This document shows, piece after piece, positions 1 to 9,414 of a stretch of 64,000 nt of DNA (its first letter is position 1; each line of letters opens with the position of its first letter). This DNA is from an uncultured Actinomycetota bacterium. Its GTDB lineage: Bacteria; Actinomycetota; Actinomycetes; Actinomycetales; Microbacteriaceae. The notes beneath the pieces were generated by a model. That model was given only the letters and a program-made list of their open reading frames with translations. It was not told the DNA's origin and searched no databases. A program made the position numbers and the translations under genes. Location: contig CAVOIQ010000004.1 in assembly GCA_963696085.1 (NCBI GenBank), positions 48,291 through 112,290 on the forward strand. Reading direction: 5' to 3'.

Positions 1-1
1 C

Positions 2-88
2 GACACCGCCTGCGGCGGCGCGGCTCCGGCCGCCCAGGAGCTCGACGCCGACGCCCCGCGAACGGTGACGATCACGCGGCATCCGTAG
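2..88 (+). CDS. 3' end of an upstream gene (partial), possibly TsaE
   Basis: Open frame DTACGGAAPAAQELDADAPRTVTITRHP* runs from the window edge. The TsaE guess rests only on the usual tsaE-tsaB-rimI-tsaD synteny. Confidence 0.4.
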   Translation, partial: DTACGGAAPAAQELDADAPRTVTITRHP

Positions 89-107
89 CCGCCCCGCCCC
101 GCCCCGC

Positions 108-320
108 GGCCCGCGAGGGGTCGCGATCGGCGGTGTTGCGGTGCGAGAACCCCGCGCTCGGCCCGCGAGGGGTCGCGATCGGCGGTGTTGCGCTGCGAGA
201 ACCCCGCGCTTCGCGACCCCTCGCGGGGATGCGGCCGGCGATGACGAGCGTCTGCGCCGCGAGGGGTCGCGTTCGGCGGTGTTGCGGCGACGGATGCCGC
301 ACATTGCGACCCTTCGCGAG
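108..320. repeat. REP-like palindromic repeat cluster
   Basis: Two tandem 52-bp units (108-159, 160-211, near-identical). An inverted copy TCGCGACCCCTCGCGGG (211-227) pairs with 162-178. A third degenerate unit and hairpin lies at 257-319. Confidence 0.8.
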
Positions 321-423
321 CAGCGCGATCGCGGATTCGTGAGTTGGTCTCCCTGCCGTCCCGGGATGCCGGGGCGGGAGCATCTGGAGTGCCGACCTCA
401 TCGAACCGACTGGAGCATCCGTC

Positions 424-1169
424 ATGTCCCACGCAACGTCCCGCACCGCCGACACCGTTTCCGCGAAGCCAGCGCCCGGCACACGAGCCCGCGACCTCCA
501 CGTCGCCGCGCGCGCCGCGCTCATCGCCGCCATCATCTGGCTGATCGAACCGATCTTGTTCGCCCTGACTCTCACGAACCCCGACAACATGCGCATGGAT
601 CAGACGCTCGAGGAATTCCGTGCGGCGAACTGGATCGGCATCCTCGCTGGTCCGGCGTACATCGCCCTCGGCGTGACCTTGGCCGTCATGCTCCTCGCCA
701 TCTCGCGTGTTCAGCGAGTCGCGCAGCGACCGCGGATACGCGAGCGTGATCGCGTACGGGCTCGGAATCCTCGCCGCAGCCGCGCTCGTCGTCGCCGGAG
801 CGATCGGTCTCACCGGCGACGGGCTGGCGGGGATGGCCCTCACCATGATCCCTGATGCCTCGGAGGGTGCGAGATGGCTCGCCCACCAGTCGTTCATGGT
901 CGTGCACGAGGCTTTCCGACTCACCGCCTGCCTGGGGTTCGCGGCGTGGCTGATCGTCTTCTCCCGCACGGGCCGACGGACAGGACTCATCGGGCGGGGT
1001 GTCGCCGTAACGATCGTCATCGCAGCCGTGCTCATCGCTCTTCCGGGTGCCGTCGACCGGACTGCTGACCGGCATGAACTTCATCCTGCTGGCCCTCATC
1101 CCGCTCGCCGTCGCATTCTCCCGGCGGGCGAAGGCCGCCGCCAGCGCGGACGACACGCAGGAACAGTAG
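424..1169 (+). pseudogene. Multi-pass membrane protein (DUF4386-like) broken by two apparent +1 frameshifts
   Basis: The hydrophobic reading continues across frames: 424 frame to ~705, the 707 frame (VFSESRS...ALP) to ~1047, then a third frame VPSTGLLTGMNFILLALIPLAVAF...QEQ* ending at 1169. Confidence 0.7.
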
Positions 1170-1203
1170 CCGCCGCATCCGTCTCACTGTCACAATCACA
1201 GCC

Positions 1204-3081
1204 ATGGACGACGTCCTACTCGCGGCGAGCCGCCTCACCCTCCTGATCGTGGGGGTGGGCGGCTCCGTCGCGGTGGTCGTGGCCGCCGCGCGACGTCGGG
1301 TCGGCCGCGGATGGGTGCCGGCGCTGGCCGCGTCGTCGATTCTGCTTTCGTTCGCCGGGAGTTTGACAGGATCGACCCTCATCCCGGAGCAGCTCTCCCT
1401 CATTCCTTGGTTCGTCGGATTCCCGTTGCTGGCCGCCACCTTTCCCGACGGCCGTTTCGTGCCGCGGTGGTCATGGCTGATCGCCGCCGGATCCGTCGTC
1501 GCCCTAGCCGCCAATGCGATCTCGGGCGATGCGTGGCGACAGAGCACTGCGTGGTTTCTCTTCCCGGTCACTCAACTCGTGTTGTGCGTCGCCGTCATCA
1601 TCTACCGCTACCGCCGCAGCGCGACCACTTCGGAACGCGAAAGCGTCCGCTGGGTGCTGCTGGGAACCCTCATGACCGTCGCCGCGTTCATGGCGATCGC
1701 TGCCAATGGGGAGGTCATCGGCGGCCCGGGCGCGCTCTCCGAAGCGAAGGCGAACGCAGCGGGCATCCCTTTGATGCTCGGTCTCGTGATCGGGCTCGCC
1801 GCGCCGCGGATCTGGAATGTGGATGCTGCGTTCCGCGCGGTCCTCGTGGTGCTGGGGGCCGGGTGGGCCCTGGCGGGCGTGTACGCCGGAACGCGCGCGT
1901 TGGCGCACGCTGCCGGTGTGGGTTCCGATGGCGCGGGGTGGGCTGCCGCTGCTGTGGCGATCGCCGCCTACCCGATCATCCGACTGGCGATGCGCGCGGC
2001 GACCTGGCTGGTGTACCGAGACCGTCTGAGCCCGGAGGCCGCGGTCGCGCGGCTGGCGGCAGGCCTCGAAGCCGACGATCCGCGCAGCATGGCACTGCGC
2101 GTGGTCGAAGCGGCACGCGAGTCGACCGGGTCGCCCGCGGTATCGCTGGAGCCAGTCGATGCCGCGGATGCGGGAGTGTTCACGGCTGCATCGGGTGCGA
2201 TCGACTCCGAGGGAGTCGGCGCCGACTTCCCCGTCATCCTCCGTGGCGAACTGCTCGCGCGACTCCACGCGACGCCACGCGCAGGAGAGTCCGAGCTCAG
2301 CAAGAGAGATCGGGCGACCCTCACCGCGATCGCCCAGCACGCCGCCCCCGCGCTGCACGGCGCACGTGCCTTCATCGAGGCCACGGATGCGCAGGCGGCG
2401 CTCGTCTCCGCGCGCGAGGAAGAGCGGCGGCGCTTGCGACGCGAGCTCCATGACGACCTCGGTCCCGCGCTCTCCGGCCTCGCGTTGGGCGCGGCCGCCA
2501 TCGCGAAGCGCGCGGATGCCGGAGCGCCAGAACTCGCGGCATCCGCTCGGGAACTGCAGGCGGACATCGGGGATGCCGTCGAACGCGCTCGGCAGATTTC
2601 GCATGGGCTGCGCCCGCCGGTGCTCGATGACCGCGGGCTCGCCGCCGCGCTCCGAGATCGGCTGGGCGATGACGTGGTGTGGGAGATCGATGAGTTGGGT
2701 GACCTTCCCGCAGCTGTCGACCTCGCGGCGTTGCGCATCGTGCAGGAGGCCGTGACGAACACGCGCCGGCACGCTGCGGCCTCGGTCTGCCGGGTGCGGG
2801 CCCAGTGCGACCAGGCCGGGCTTCGTATCGAGATCTTCGACGACGGGGTGGGGATACCGAAGGGAGTCACCCCGGGCCTTGGGCTGAGGTCGATCCGTGA
2901 GCGGGCTGCCGAGTTGGGCGGACGCGCCCGGGTATCGCGGGCAGAGGGTGGTGGGACCCTTGTCAGCGTGTGGCTGCCGATCGTCGCGAACGCACCCGAC
3001 CTCGAGAACGCCACCGTAGCCGCACCTGTCGAGACCGCGACCGATAATGCCCCGGCTGATGCGGTTGAGGTGTCATCGTGA
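1204..3081 (+). CDS. Membrane sensor histidine kinase (HisKA_3/NarX-like)
   Basis: N-terminal TM helices; H-box RRELHDDLGP; N-box EAVTNTRRHA; DDGVG and GLGLRSIRERA motifs. Confidence 0.92.
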   Translation: MDDVLLAASRLTLLIVGVGGSVAVVVAAARRRVGRGWVPALAASSILLSFAGSLTGSTLIPEQLSLIPWFVGFPLLAATFPDGRFVPRWSWLIAAGSVVALAANAISGDAWRQSTAWFLFPVTQLVLCVAVIIYRYRRSATTSERESVRWVLLGTLMTVAAFMAIAANGEVIGGPGALSEAKANAAGIPLMLGLVIGLAAPRIWNVDAAFRAVLVVLGAGWALAGVYAGTRALAHAAGVGSDGAGWAAAAVAIAAYPIIRLAMRAATWLVYRDRLSPEAAVARLAAGLEADDPRSMALRVVEAARESTGSPAVSLEPVDAADAGVFTAASGAIDSEGVGADFPVILRGELLARLHATPRAGESELSKRDRATLTAIAQHAAPALHGARAFIEATDAQAALVSAREEERRRLRRELHDDLGPALSGLALGAAAIAKRADAGAPELAASARELQADIGDAVERARQISHGLRPPVLDDRGLAAALRDRLGDDVVWEIDELGDLPAAVDLAALRIVQEAVTNTRRHAAASVCRVRAQCDQAGLRIEIFDDGVGIPKGVTPGLGLRSIRERAAELGGRARVSRAEGGGTLVSVWLPIVANAPDLENATVAAPVETATDNAPADAVEVSS

Positions 3082-3692
3082 TCCGCGTCATCGTGGTCGA
3101 TGACCACCCGGTCTTCCGCAAAGGGCTCGTCGCGCTGCTTCGGGCGAGCGACGTGGAGGTCGTGGGTGAGGCGGCAAATGGGCTCGAGGCGATCGCGGTC
3201 GCCGCGGACCTCCTGCCGGACGTCGTGCTGATGGATGTCGCCATGCCCGAGCTCGGCGGGCTCGAAGCGACCGAACGGATCGTTGCCGAACATCCGTTGG
3301 TGCGCGTGGTCGTGGTGACCCTCTTCGACGACGAAGCCACCGTGCTGCGCGCGCTTCGCGCCGGCGCGAGCGGCTACGTCACGAAGCAGGCGAGCCCGGA
3401 GCAGATTCTGGCGGCGGTGGAGGCGGCATCAGCCGGCGCGTTGATGATCGGCGCCGGCGTACCGCGCCCGCTCGCAGGGCTGGCGGAGTCCGGCGGCATC
3501 GAAGGGCTCACGCCGCGAGAACAATCGGTGGCGGATCTGCTCGGCCGAGGGCTGGCAAACCCTGCGATCGCGGAGCGGTTGTTCCTCTCGACCAAAACAG
3601 TCGCCAACTACGTGTCCATCGTCATGCTGAAGCTGGGTGCGTCCGATCGTGCCGAGGCCGCGCGGCTGATTCGGGCACGCAGGGAAGCGTGA
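3078..3692 (+). CDS. NarL/LuxR-family response regulator
   Basis: Receiver VVDDHPVFR, DVVLMD, GYVTK; HTH LTPREQSVADLLGRGLANPAIAERLFLSTKTVANYVS; GTGA overlap with the kinase. Confidence 0.95.
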   Translation: MIRVIVVDDHPVFRKGLVALLRASDVEVVGEAANGLEAIAVAADLLPDVVLMDVAMPELGGLEATERIVAEHPLVRVVVVTLFDDEATVLRALRAGASGYVTKQASPEQILAAVEAASAGALMIGAGVPRPLAGLAESGGIEGLTPREQSVADLLGRGLANPAIAERLFLSTKTVANYVSIVMLKLGASDRAEAARLIRARREA

Positions 3693-3716
3693 CCGGTCGG
3701 CGACTACCCTAGAGGC

Positions 3717-4364
3717 GTGATCCTCGGCATCGACACCTCGATCGGCACGGCTGTGGCCGTCGTCGACCTTGACGGAACGGTGCGCGCTGATGTCGCGAGT
3801 CCGGATGCCCGTGGGCATGCCGAGGTCATCGGCACATTGATCGAGCGGGCGCTCGCCGAGGCCGGGGTGCGACCGACCGACATCCGATATGTCGCTGCCG
3901 GTATGGGCCCCGGACCCTTCACCGGTCTTCGCGTCGGCATCGCTGCGGCGCGAGCGTTTGCACTGGGGCGGGGCATCCCGGTCATATCTGTCGTCAGCCA
4001 CGATGCCGCCGCTCTCGATCGCACTGCTCTCGACGGTACGGGCGACGCGCCTTTCGCGATCGTCACCGATGCCCGCCGCCGCGAAGTTGCGTTCTCGATC
4101 TACCGCGCCGACACGGGCCGCGAATCGCCCCAGCGCCTCGCGGGCCCCGAACTCGCGCTCAAGGGCACGGATATCACGGCAGCCGGGATGGACTTCCCTG
4201 CCGCGGAGATCGTCGAGACGACCACCATCAGCGCCGCCGCGCTCGCCCGCGTTGCCGCGCGTCGAATCGCGACGGGGGAGAGCGACCCCGCGGCATCCGA
4301 TCCCCTCTATCTGCGCGTGCCGGACGTCACCCCCTCCAACGGACCCAAGAGGGTGGGCACGTGA
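3717..4364 (+). CDS. tsaB: t6A biosynthesis protein TsaB
   Basis: ILGIDTS start, GHAEVI, GMGPGPFTGLRVG, DARRREV; leaderless -10 TACCCT at 3705-3710. Confidence 0.95.
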   Translation: MILGIDTSIGTAVAVVDLDGTVRADVASPDARGHAEVIGTLIERALAEAGVRPTDIRYVAAGMGPGPFTGLRVGIAAARAFALGRGIPVISVVSHDAAALDRTALDGTGDAPFAIVTDARRREVAFSIYRADTGRESPQRLAGPELALKGTDITAAGMDFPAAEIVETTTISAAALARVAARRIATGESDPAASDPLYLRVPDVTPSNGPKRVGT

Positions 4365-4873
4365 GCCTCCGCACCGCGACACCGGCCGACCTCGCCGCGA
4401 TCATGGACCTCGAGCGCGCATCGTTTCCGACGGATGCCTGGAGCGACGCGATGATGGCAGAAGAACTGCGCTCACCGCACGGCCGCTACGTGATTCTCGA
4501 AGAGACCGGCCGCGTGCTCGGCTACGGGGGAGTGCGAGCGCCGCAGAATGCTCCGGATGCCGACATCCAGACGATCGCGATCGCCGAGGCGGCGCGCGGA
4601 CGTGGCCGTGGACGCGAGTTGCTCCGGTCGCTGCTGACCGAAGCTGCCCAGCGCGGTGCTCGTGAGGTGTTCCTCGAGGTGCGTGCCGACAACCCGACCG
4701 CGCAGGCGCTGTACGCCTCGGAGGGCTTCGTCGACGTCGGGCGCCGTCCGCGCTACTACCAACCCGATGACGTCGACGCGGTGGTGATGAAGCTGGATCT
4801 CGCAAGTTGGACATCCGCGCGTGCCCTTCCTCGAATGGATGGCGCCGCGACTGACGCGGGGGCGTGCACATGA
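4361..4873 (+). CDS. rimI: Ribosomal protein S18 alanine N-acetyltransferase (GNAT)
   Basis: [15 protein letters not shown]...[10 protein letters not shown]; position between tsaB and tsaD. Confidence 0.92.
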   Translation: MSLRTATPADLAAIMDLERASFPTDAWSDAMMAEELRSPHGRYVILEETGRVLGYGGVRAPQNAPDADIQTIAIAEAARGRGRGRELLRSLLTEAAQRGAREVFLEVRADNPTAQALYASEGFVDVGRRPRYYQPDDVDAVVMKLDLASWTSARALPRMDGAATDAGACT

Positions 4874-5925
4874 ACCGCACCGAACCCCTGGTGCTGGGGA
4901 TCGAGACGAGCTGCGACGAGACCGGAATCGGAATCGTGCGCGGCCGGACGCTCCTGTCCAACACGATCGCGTCGTCGATGGACGAGCACGCTCGCTACGG
5001 CGGGGTGATTCCCGAAATCGCGGCGCGCGCACACCTCGAAGCGTTGCAGCCCGCCATCGAGGCCGCTGTCGCCGAGGCCGGCGTGCAATTGACCGACCTC
5101 GACGCGATCGCCGTCACGAGCGGTCCCGGGCTCGCCGGCGCGCTCATGGTCGGCATCGGTGCCGCGAAGGCACTCGCCGTCTCGCTGGAAAAGCCGCTCT
5201 ACGCCGTCAACCACCTCGTCGGGCACATCGCCGCAGACCTCCTCACCGGCGAGGACGTCGAATATCCGACAGTGGCGCTGCTCGTCAGCGGTGGACATAC
5301 CTCGCTGCTGCTCGTACGCGACTTGGTCTCGGATGTCGAGCTTCTCGGTGAAACCATGGACGACGCTGCCGGCGAGGCGTTCGACAAGATCGCGCGAATC
5401 CTCGGCCTTCCCTACCCCGGCGGGCCGGAGATCGACCGGGCCGCGGCATCCGGCGACCCTCGGGCGATCCGGTTCCCACGCGGAATGTCTCGGGCGTCGG
5501 ACATGGCTGAGCACCGCTACGACTTCTCCTTCTCCGGCCTGAAAACCGCCGTCGCCCGCTGGTGCGAGCAGCGCGAGGCCGCGGGGGAGTCCGTGCCGAT
5601 TGCGGATGTCGCGGCATCCTTCCGCGAGGCGGTCGTGGACGTGCTCGTCACGAAAGCCCTCGACGCGTGCGCTCGCCACGATGTGCCGCGCCTCCTCCTG
5701 GGCGGCGGCGTCATCGCCAACCGCAGGCTCCGCGACGTTGCCCTCGAGCGTGGCGCGGCCGCCGGAGTCGCCGTGCGCATCCCGCCCCTGTCGCTGTGCA
5801 CCGACAACGGGGCGATGATCGCCGGGCTCGCCGCCGAACTGATCGCCAGCGGCCGCGAGCCCTCCACGCTCGAGTTCGGTGCGGATTCGACCCTGCCGGT
5901 CACCGAAATCCAGGTGATCCGATGA
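4870..5925 (+). CDS. tsaD: t6A transferase TsaD
   Basis: [62 protein letters not shown]. Confidence 0.97.
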   Translation: MNRTEPLVLGIETSCDETGIGIVRGRTLLSNTIASSMDEHARYGGVIPEIAARAHLEALQPAIEAAVAEAGVQLTDLDAIAVTSGPGLAGALMVGIGAAKALAVSLEKPLYAVNHLVGHIAADLLTGEDVEYPTVALLVSGGHTSLLLVRDLVSDVELLGETMDDAAGEAFDKIARILGLPYPGGPEIDRAAASGDPRAIRFPRGMSRASDMAEHRYDFSFSGLKTAVARWCEQREAAGESVPIADVAASFREAVVDVLVTKALDACARHDVPRLLLGGGVIANRRLRDVALERGAAAGVAVRIPPLSLCTDNGAMIAGLAAELIASGREPSTLEFGADSTLPVTEIQVIR

Positions 5926-6503
5926 GCGACGAGCAGATTTCCCGGCCGCGCTCGCGCCGCGAAGCCAGCAGTCCGACCGAGGCAGGCGAACGGGACGAAC
6001 ACGGCGCCGTCGCACCCCCGGTTCCCGGGAAGACGGATGCCGCTTCTGCCGATGCAGCGGCCCCTGTCGCTCTCCCCACCACACCACCTGGTGCGTCACA
6101 CACGTCGGTCGAGAAACCCTCTGACGACGTGGCGACGGTGGGCGAGGCATCGAGCATGCCCGGTGAACACCGTGGCGGATTCCAGCGCGCGCTGACCGCG
6201 CCCGTGCCGATCACGGAGTCCGTGCACGTTCCCGTGGAGTGGGCCCCCGCCCCGCCTCGCCCCCTGCCGCGCATCGCGCCCTGGGCTCTGGGTCTGGCCA
6301 TCGTCGGGCTCTGCCTTTCGCTGATCGTCGGCTGGGCGTTTCCGCTCGGGATCGCTGCATTCGTGATGGCGATCGTCGCCCTGCGACGCCCGTGGGAGAG
6401 CCGGTCGGCCGCGGTGTGGGCACTGATGCTGGGGCTCCTGTCCCTCGTCTACAGCGCCGGATGGCTCTGGTGGGCCGCTTACCAGGCACATCTCCTGCCC
6501 TGA
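5922..6503 (+). CDS. Hypothetical membrane protein (Pro/Ala-rich N-terminus, C-terminal TM helices; DUF4190-like)
   Basis: ATG 5922 overlaps the tsaD stop; low-complexity N-terminus followed by hydrophobic segments. Confidence 0.7.
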   Translation: MSDEQISRPRSRREASSPTEAGERDEHGAVAPPVPGKTDAASADAAAPVALPTTPPGASHTSVEKPSDDVATVGEASSMPGEHRGGFQRALTAPVPITESVHVPVEWAPAPPRPLPRIAPWALGLAIVGLCLSLIVGWAFPLGIAAFVMAIVALRRPWESRSAAVWALMLGLLSLVYSAGWLWWAAYQAHLLP

Positions 6504-6556
6504 ATCGCTCGGACGGGCGGGCGGTCGGACGGACGGGCGGGCGCGCGCGGCAGCAG

Positions 6557-7744
6557 TCAGACGCGGTCGGCGAGAAGCGCGACGCGCGATGACCCGACAC
6601 GGGTGAGGATCAGCGTGGCCGACTCCGCGCCCTTGAGCTTGAGCTTCGGGCGCAGGATCGCAGGATCGACATCCACCCCGCGCTTCTTGATCTCCAGAAT
6701 CCCGATGCCGCGCTCGCGCAGCGCTTTCGACAGTCCCTTCACGTCGGCGGGCAGGCGCTCTCGCACCCGGAACGTCGACACGAACGGGCTCGTCAGCGCG
6801 ACATCCGATGTCAAATACGCGATGCCCGGCGCCAGCATCCCCGCGTCCAGACTGCGCGCGACATCGCCGATCAGCCGTGCTCGAATCACGGCGCCCTCGG
6901 GCTCGTGCACGAATGCACCGAGGGGGCGAACATCGACGTCGGGCGTATCGCCGTCGGATGTCAGTTCATGCGCGGCATCACCACGGATGACGAGCGCGGC
7001 CCGTCCGACGCCCGCGCGCGCAAGTGCGCCCGACCACAGCACGAGTTCGACGGTTGCCCCGTCGACGCTGATCCACTGGGCCTCGACACCGTCGGGAATG
7101 CGTGTCCGATCGAAACCGGGCCCGAGCTTGATGCCGGTCGGCATGCGAGCGGCGAGGTCGAACGTCCAGTCGAGGGCCGGCGAATAATCCTCGGCTCCGA
7201 CGCGGGACGTCTCGGTGTGGCCCGCGGTGCGGCGGGCGGGGTCGAGCCACACGGCTTCGATCCCCGTCAGGTCCACCTCCTCGGCGCGATTGCTGCGTAC
7301 CTCGACGGACTCCCCGAACGGGGCGAGGTTGTAGGCGGCGATCGCGGCGGTCACTTCATCGGCATCGACCGCGAGCACGTCCAACCCGATCCCCGCCAAA
7401 CCCAGCGCATCGCCGCCGATGCCGCAGCCGAGGTCGGCGACGCGCGTGATCCCCGCTGCGCGGAATCGCCCCGCATGGCGAGCGGCGATCGCCAGCCGTG
7501 TCGCCTGTTCGAGGCCGGCGCGGGTGAACAGCATCCGATCGGCGAACTCCCCGAACTTGGCGCGCGCTTTCGTGCGCAGCCGAGCCTGGCCGACAGCGGC
7601 CGAGACGAGGTCGGCAGAGCGACCCTCGGCCCGCAGGCGCGACACGGCGGATGCGACGTCGCCGGCTGTCGCCAGAGGGCCGAGTTCATCGACGAGCCGG
7701 AGGCCCTCCGAGGTGAGCAGTGTCGACAGCTCTCCGAGATCCAC
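6557..7744 (-). CDS. Class I SAM-dependent methyltransferase with THUMP-like C-terminus
   Basis: EQAT, VADLGCGIGGD, DPARR motifs; usual position next to groES; -10 TAGGCT 6 nt before the GTG. Confidence 0.88.
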   Translation of the reverse strand: MDLGELSTLLTSEGLRLVDELGPLATAGDVASAVSRLRAEGRSADLVSAAVGQARLRTKARAKFGEFADRMLFTRAGLEQATRLAIAARHAGRFRAAGITRVADLGCGIGGDALGLAGIGLDVLAVDADEVTAAIAAYNLAPFGESVEVRSNRAEEVDLTGIEAVWLDPARRTAGHTETSRVGAEDYSPALDWTFDLAARMPTGIKLGPGFDRTRIPDGVEAQWISVDGATVELVLWSGALARAGVGRAALVIRGDAAHELTSDGDTPDVDVRPLGAFVHEPEGAVIRARLIGDVARSLDAGMLAPGIAYLTSDVALTSPFVSTFRVRERLPADVKGLSKALRERGIGILEIKKRGVDVDPAILRPKLKLKGAESATLILTRVGSSRVALLADRV

Positions 7745-7819
7745 GAGGCCAGCCTATGTGCGCCGGGCTGTATCCACCGTCCCCGCGTCCGGCAGATTCT
7801 GGCGTGAGCGGGGTCATGA

Positions 7820-7846
7820 TTGGCACTCGCGTTGCGAGAGTGCCAG
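7820..7846. promoter_or_regulatory. CIRCE element 1 (HrcA operator)
   Basis: TTGGCACTC-N9-GAGTGCCAG, matching consensus TTAGCACTC-N9-GAGTGCTAA, upstream of groES. Confidence 0.9.
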
Positions 7847-7860
7847 CCGCGCTCTACACT
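7832..7860 (+). promoter_or_regulatory. SigA-type promoter of groES
   Basis: -35 TTGCGA (7832-7837), 17-nt spacer, -10 TACACT (7855-7860), overlapping CIRCE 1. Confidence 0.7.
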
Positions 7861-7865
7861 TGAGG

Positions 7866-7892
7866 CTGGCACTCTCAGGGTGAGAATGCTAA
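7866..7892. promoter_or_regulatory. CIRCE element 2 (HrcA operator)
   Basis: CTGGCACTC-N9-GAATGCTAA. Confidence 0.85.
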
Positions 7893-7921
7893 CCAGACTT
7901 GAAGCAGGAAAGAGGTAGCCC

Positions 7922-8218
7922 GTGTCGGTTTCCATCAAGCCACTCGAGGACCGCATCGTCATCAAGCAGGTCGAAGCTGAGCAGACCACCGCGAGTGGCC
8001 TGGTCATCCCGGACACCGCGAAGGAAAAGCCCCAGGAGGGCGAGGTCTTCGCTGTCGGACCCGGTCGCATCGACGACAACGGCAACCGCGTTCCGCTCGA
8101 CGTTGCCGTCGGCGACAAGGTGATCTACAGCAAGTACGGCGGCACCGAGGTCAAGTTCGGCGGCGAGGACTACCTCGTTCTGTCCGCGCGCGACGTGCTC
8201 GCTGTCGTCGTTCGCTGA
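7922..8218 (+). CDS. groES: Co-chaperonin GroES
   Basis: IKPLEDRIV...[18 protein letters not shown]...[10 protein letters not shown]. Confidence 0.99.
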   Translation: MSVSIKPLEDRIVIKQVEAEQTTASGLVIPDTAKEKPQEGEVFAVGPGRIDDNGNRVPLDVAVGDKVIYSKYGGTEVKFGGEDYLVLSARDVLAVVVR

Positions 8219-8250
8219 CGCACAGTCTCCGAACAACACAGTTCCTGAAT

Positions 8251-8282
8251 AAAGGCCCGGATGCTTCGGCATCCGGGCCTTT
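8251..8282. terminator. Intrinsic terminator after groES
   Basis: Perfect 14-bp stem AAAGGCCCGGATGC-TTCG-GCATCCGGGCCTTT. Confidence 0.9.
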
Positions 8283-8312
8283 ATCGTTCCCGCCTCCTGG
8301 CAAGCTGGAGGG

Positions 8313-9254
8313 ATGACCCCACCCGATCCCGCCCGCGAGCGGACCCTCGGCGGGATCTACGCTCTCAGCGCCTACTTGTTCTGGGGCTTCATGCCCCTCT
8401 ATTTCCTCACGCTGGCCCCCACCGGTCCGTTCGAGGTCGTGGCGTGGCGAGTGATCCTCTCGTTCGTCTTCTGCCTGCTTCTGCTCACCGTGACACGCGC
8501 ATGGCGCGCCTTCGGCGCGATCGCCCGCAATCCCCGCCTGCTGCTCTGGACGGCGCTCGCCGGCGTGCTCATCTATATCAACTGGCAAGTGTTCCTCATC
8601 GGCACGCTCACCAACCACGTCATCGAGACGAGCCTCGGCTACTTCATCAATCCGCTGGCGACCGTGCTGCTCGGGGTCCTCTTCCTGCGCGAGCGGCTCC
8701 GCGTGGCGCAATGGGTCGCGCTGGGTATCGCCGCCGTCGCGATCCTCGTCATCGTGGTGGGGTACGGGACTGTGCCTTGGATCTCCTTGACCCTCGCCAT
8801 CAGCTTCGGCCTCTACGGGTTCGTCAAGAAGCGAGTCGGACCCTCGGTCGACGCCGTCAGCGGGCTCACGCTCGAGTCGTTCTGGCTTTTGCCCATCGCC
8901 GTCGTGCAGCTGATCATCGTCGGTACGACGTCGGGCATCACGATGTTCTCGGCAGGCCCGCTGCACGCGGTGCTCCTCAGCCTGGCGGGCGTGATCACCG
9001 CGATCCCGCTGCTCTTTTTCGCCGCAGGAGCCCGCAGAGTGCCCCTCATCGTGATCGGCCTGCTTCAGTTCATCACCCCGGTCATGCAGTTCATCATCGG
9101 CGCGTGGTTCCTCGGTGAAGCCATGTCGCTCTCGCGCTGGATCGGATTCAGCCTTGTCTGGGCGGCTCTCATCGTGCTGACGGTCGATTCGCTGCGGGCG
9201 GCTCGCAAGCAGAGGGCGGATGCCGGGATCTCCGACGTCGGCGCCATCGTTTGA
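8313..9254 (+). CDS. rarD: EamA/DMT-family transporter RarD
   Basis: AYLFWGFMPLYF, ETSLGYFINPL, FGLYGFVKK, GLLQFITP. Confidence 0.92.
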   Translation: MTPPDPARERTLGGIYALSAYLFWGFMPLYFLTLAPTGPFEVVAWRVILSFVFCLLLLTVTRAWRAFGAIARNPRLLLWTALAGVLIYINWQVFLIGTLTNHVIETSLGYFINPLATVLLGVLFLRERLRVAQWVALGIAAVAILVIVVGYGTVPWISLTLAISFGLYGFVKKRVGPSVDAVSGLTLESFWLLPIAVVQLIIVGTTSGITMFSAGPLHAVLLSLAGVITAIPLLFFAAGARRVPLIVIGLLQFITPVMQFIIGAWFLGEAMSLSRWIGFSLVWAALIVLTVDSLRAARKQRADAGISDVGAIV

Positions 9255-9414
9255 GCTGGCCGCTCGAGCCGCTCATCCGCGCCGTTTGTAACGATTCGGT
9301 CGCGTAACAGACCGTTAACCTTTTGCAACACTCCTGGTGCATGCGCCCCGTTAGGTTTATACGACTGGCACGGCGCCCGAGTCGAGCCATCTTCAATTCA
9401 CAGCAAGGAGCAAG

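Noticed and set aside
108-320. Possible CRISPR array
   Set aside because: Units abut each other without unique spacers, include an inverted copy, and no cas genes are present.
6511-6550. GGACGGGCGGGCG direct repeat between convergent genes
   Set aside because: It is a short low-complexity G-rich stretch with no structure or further copies noted.
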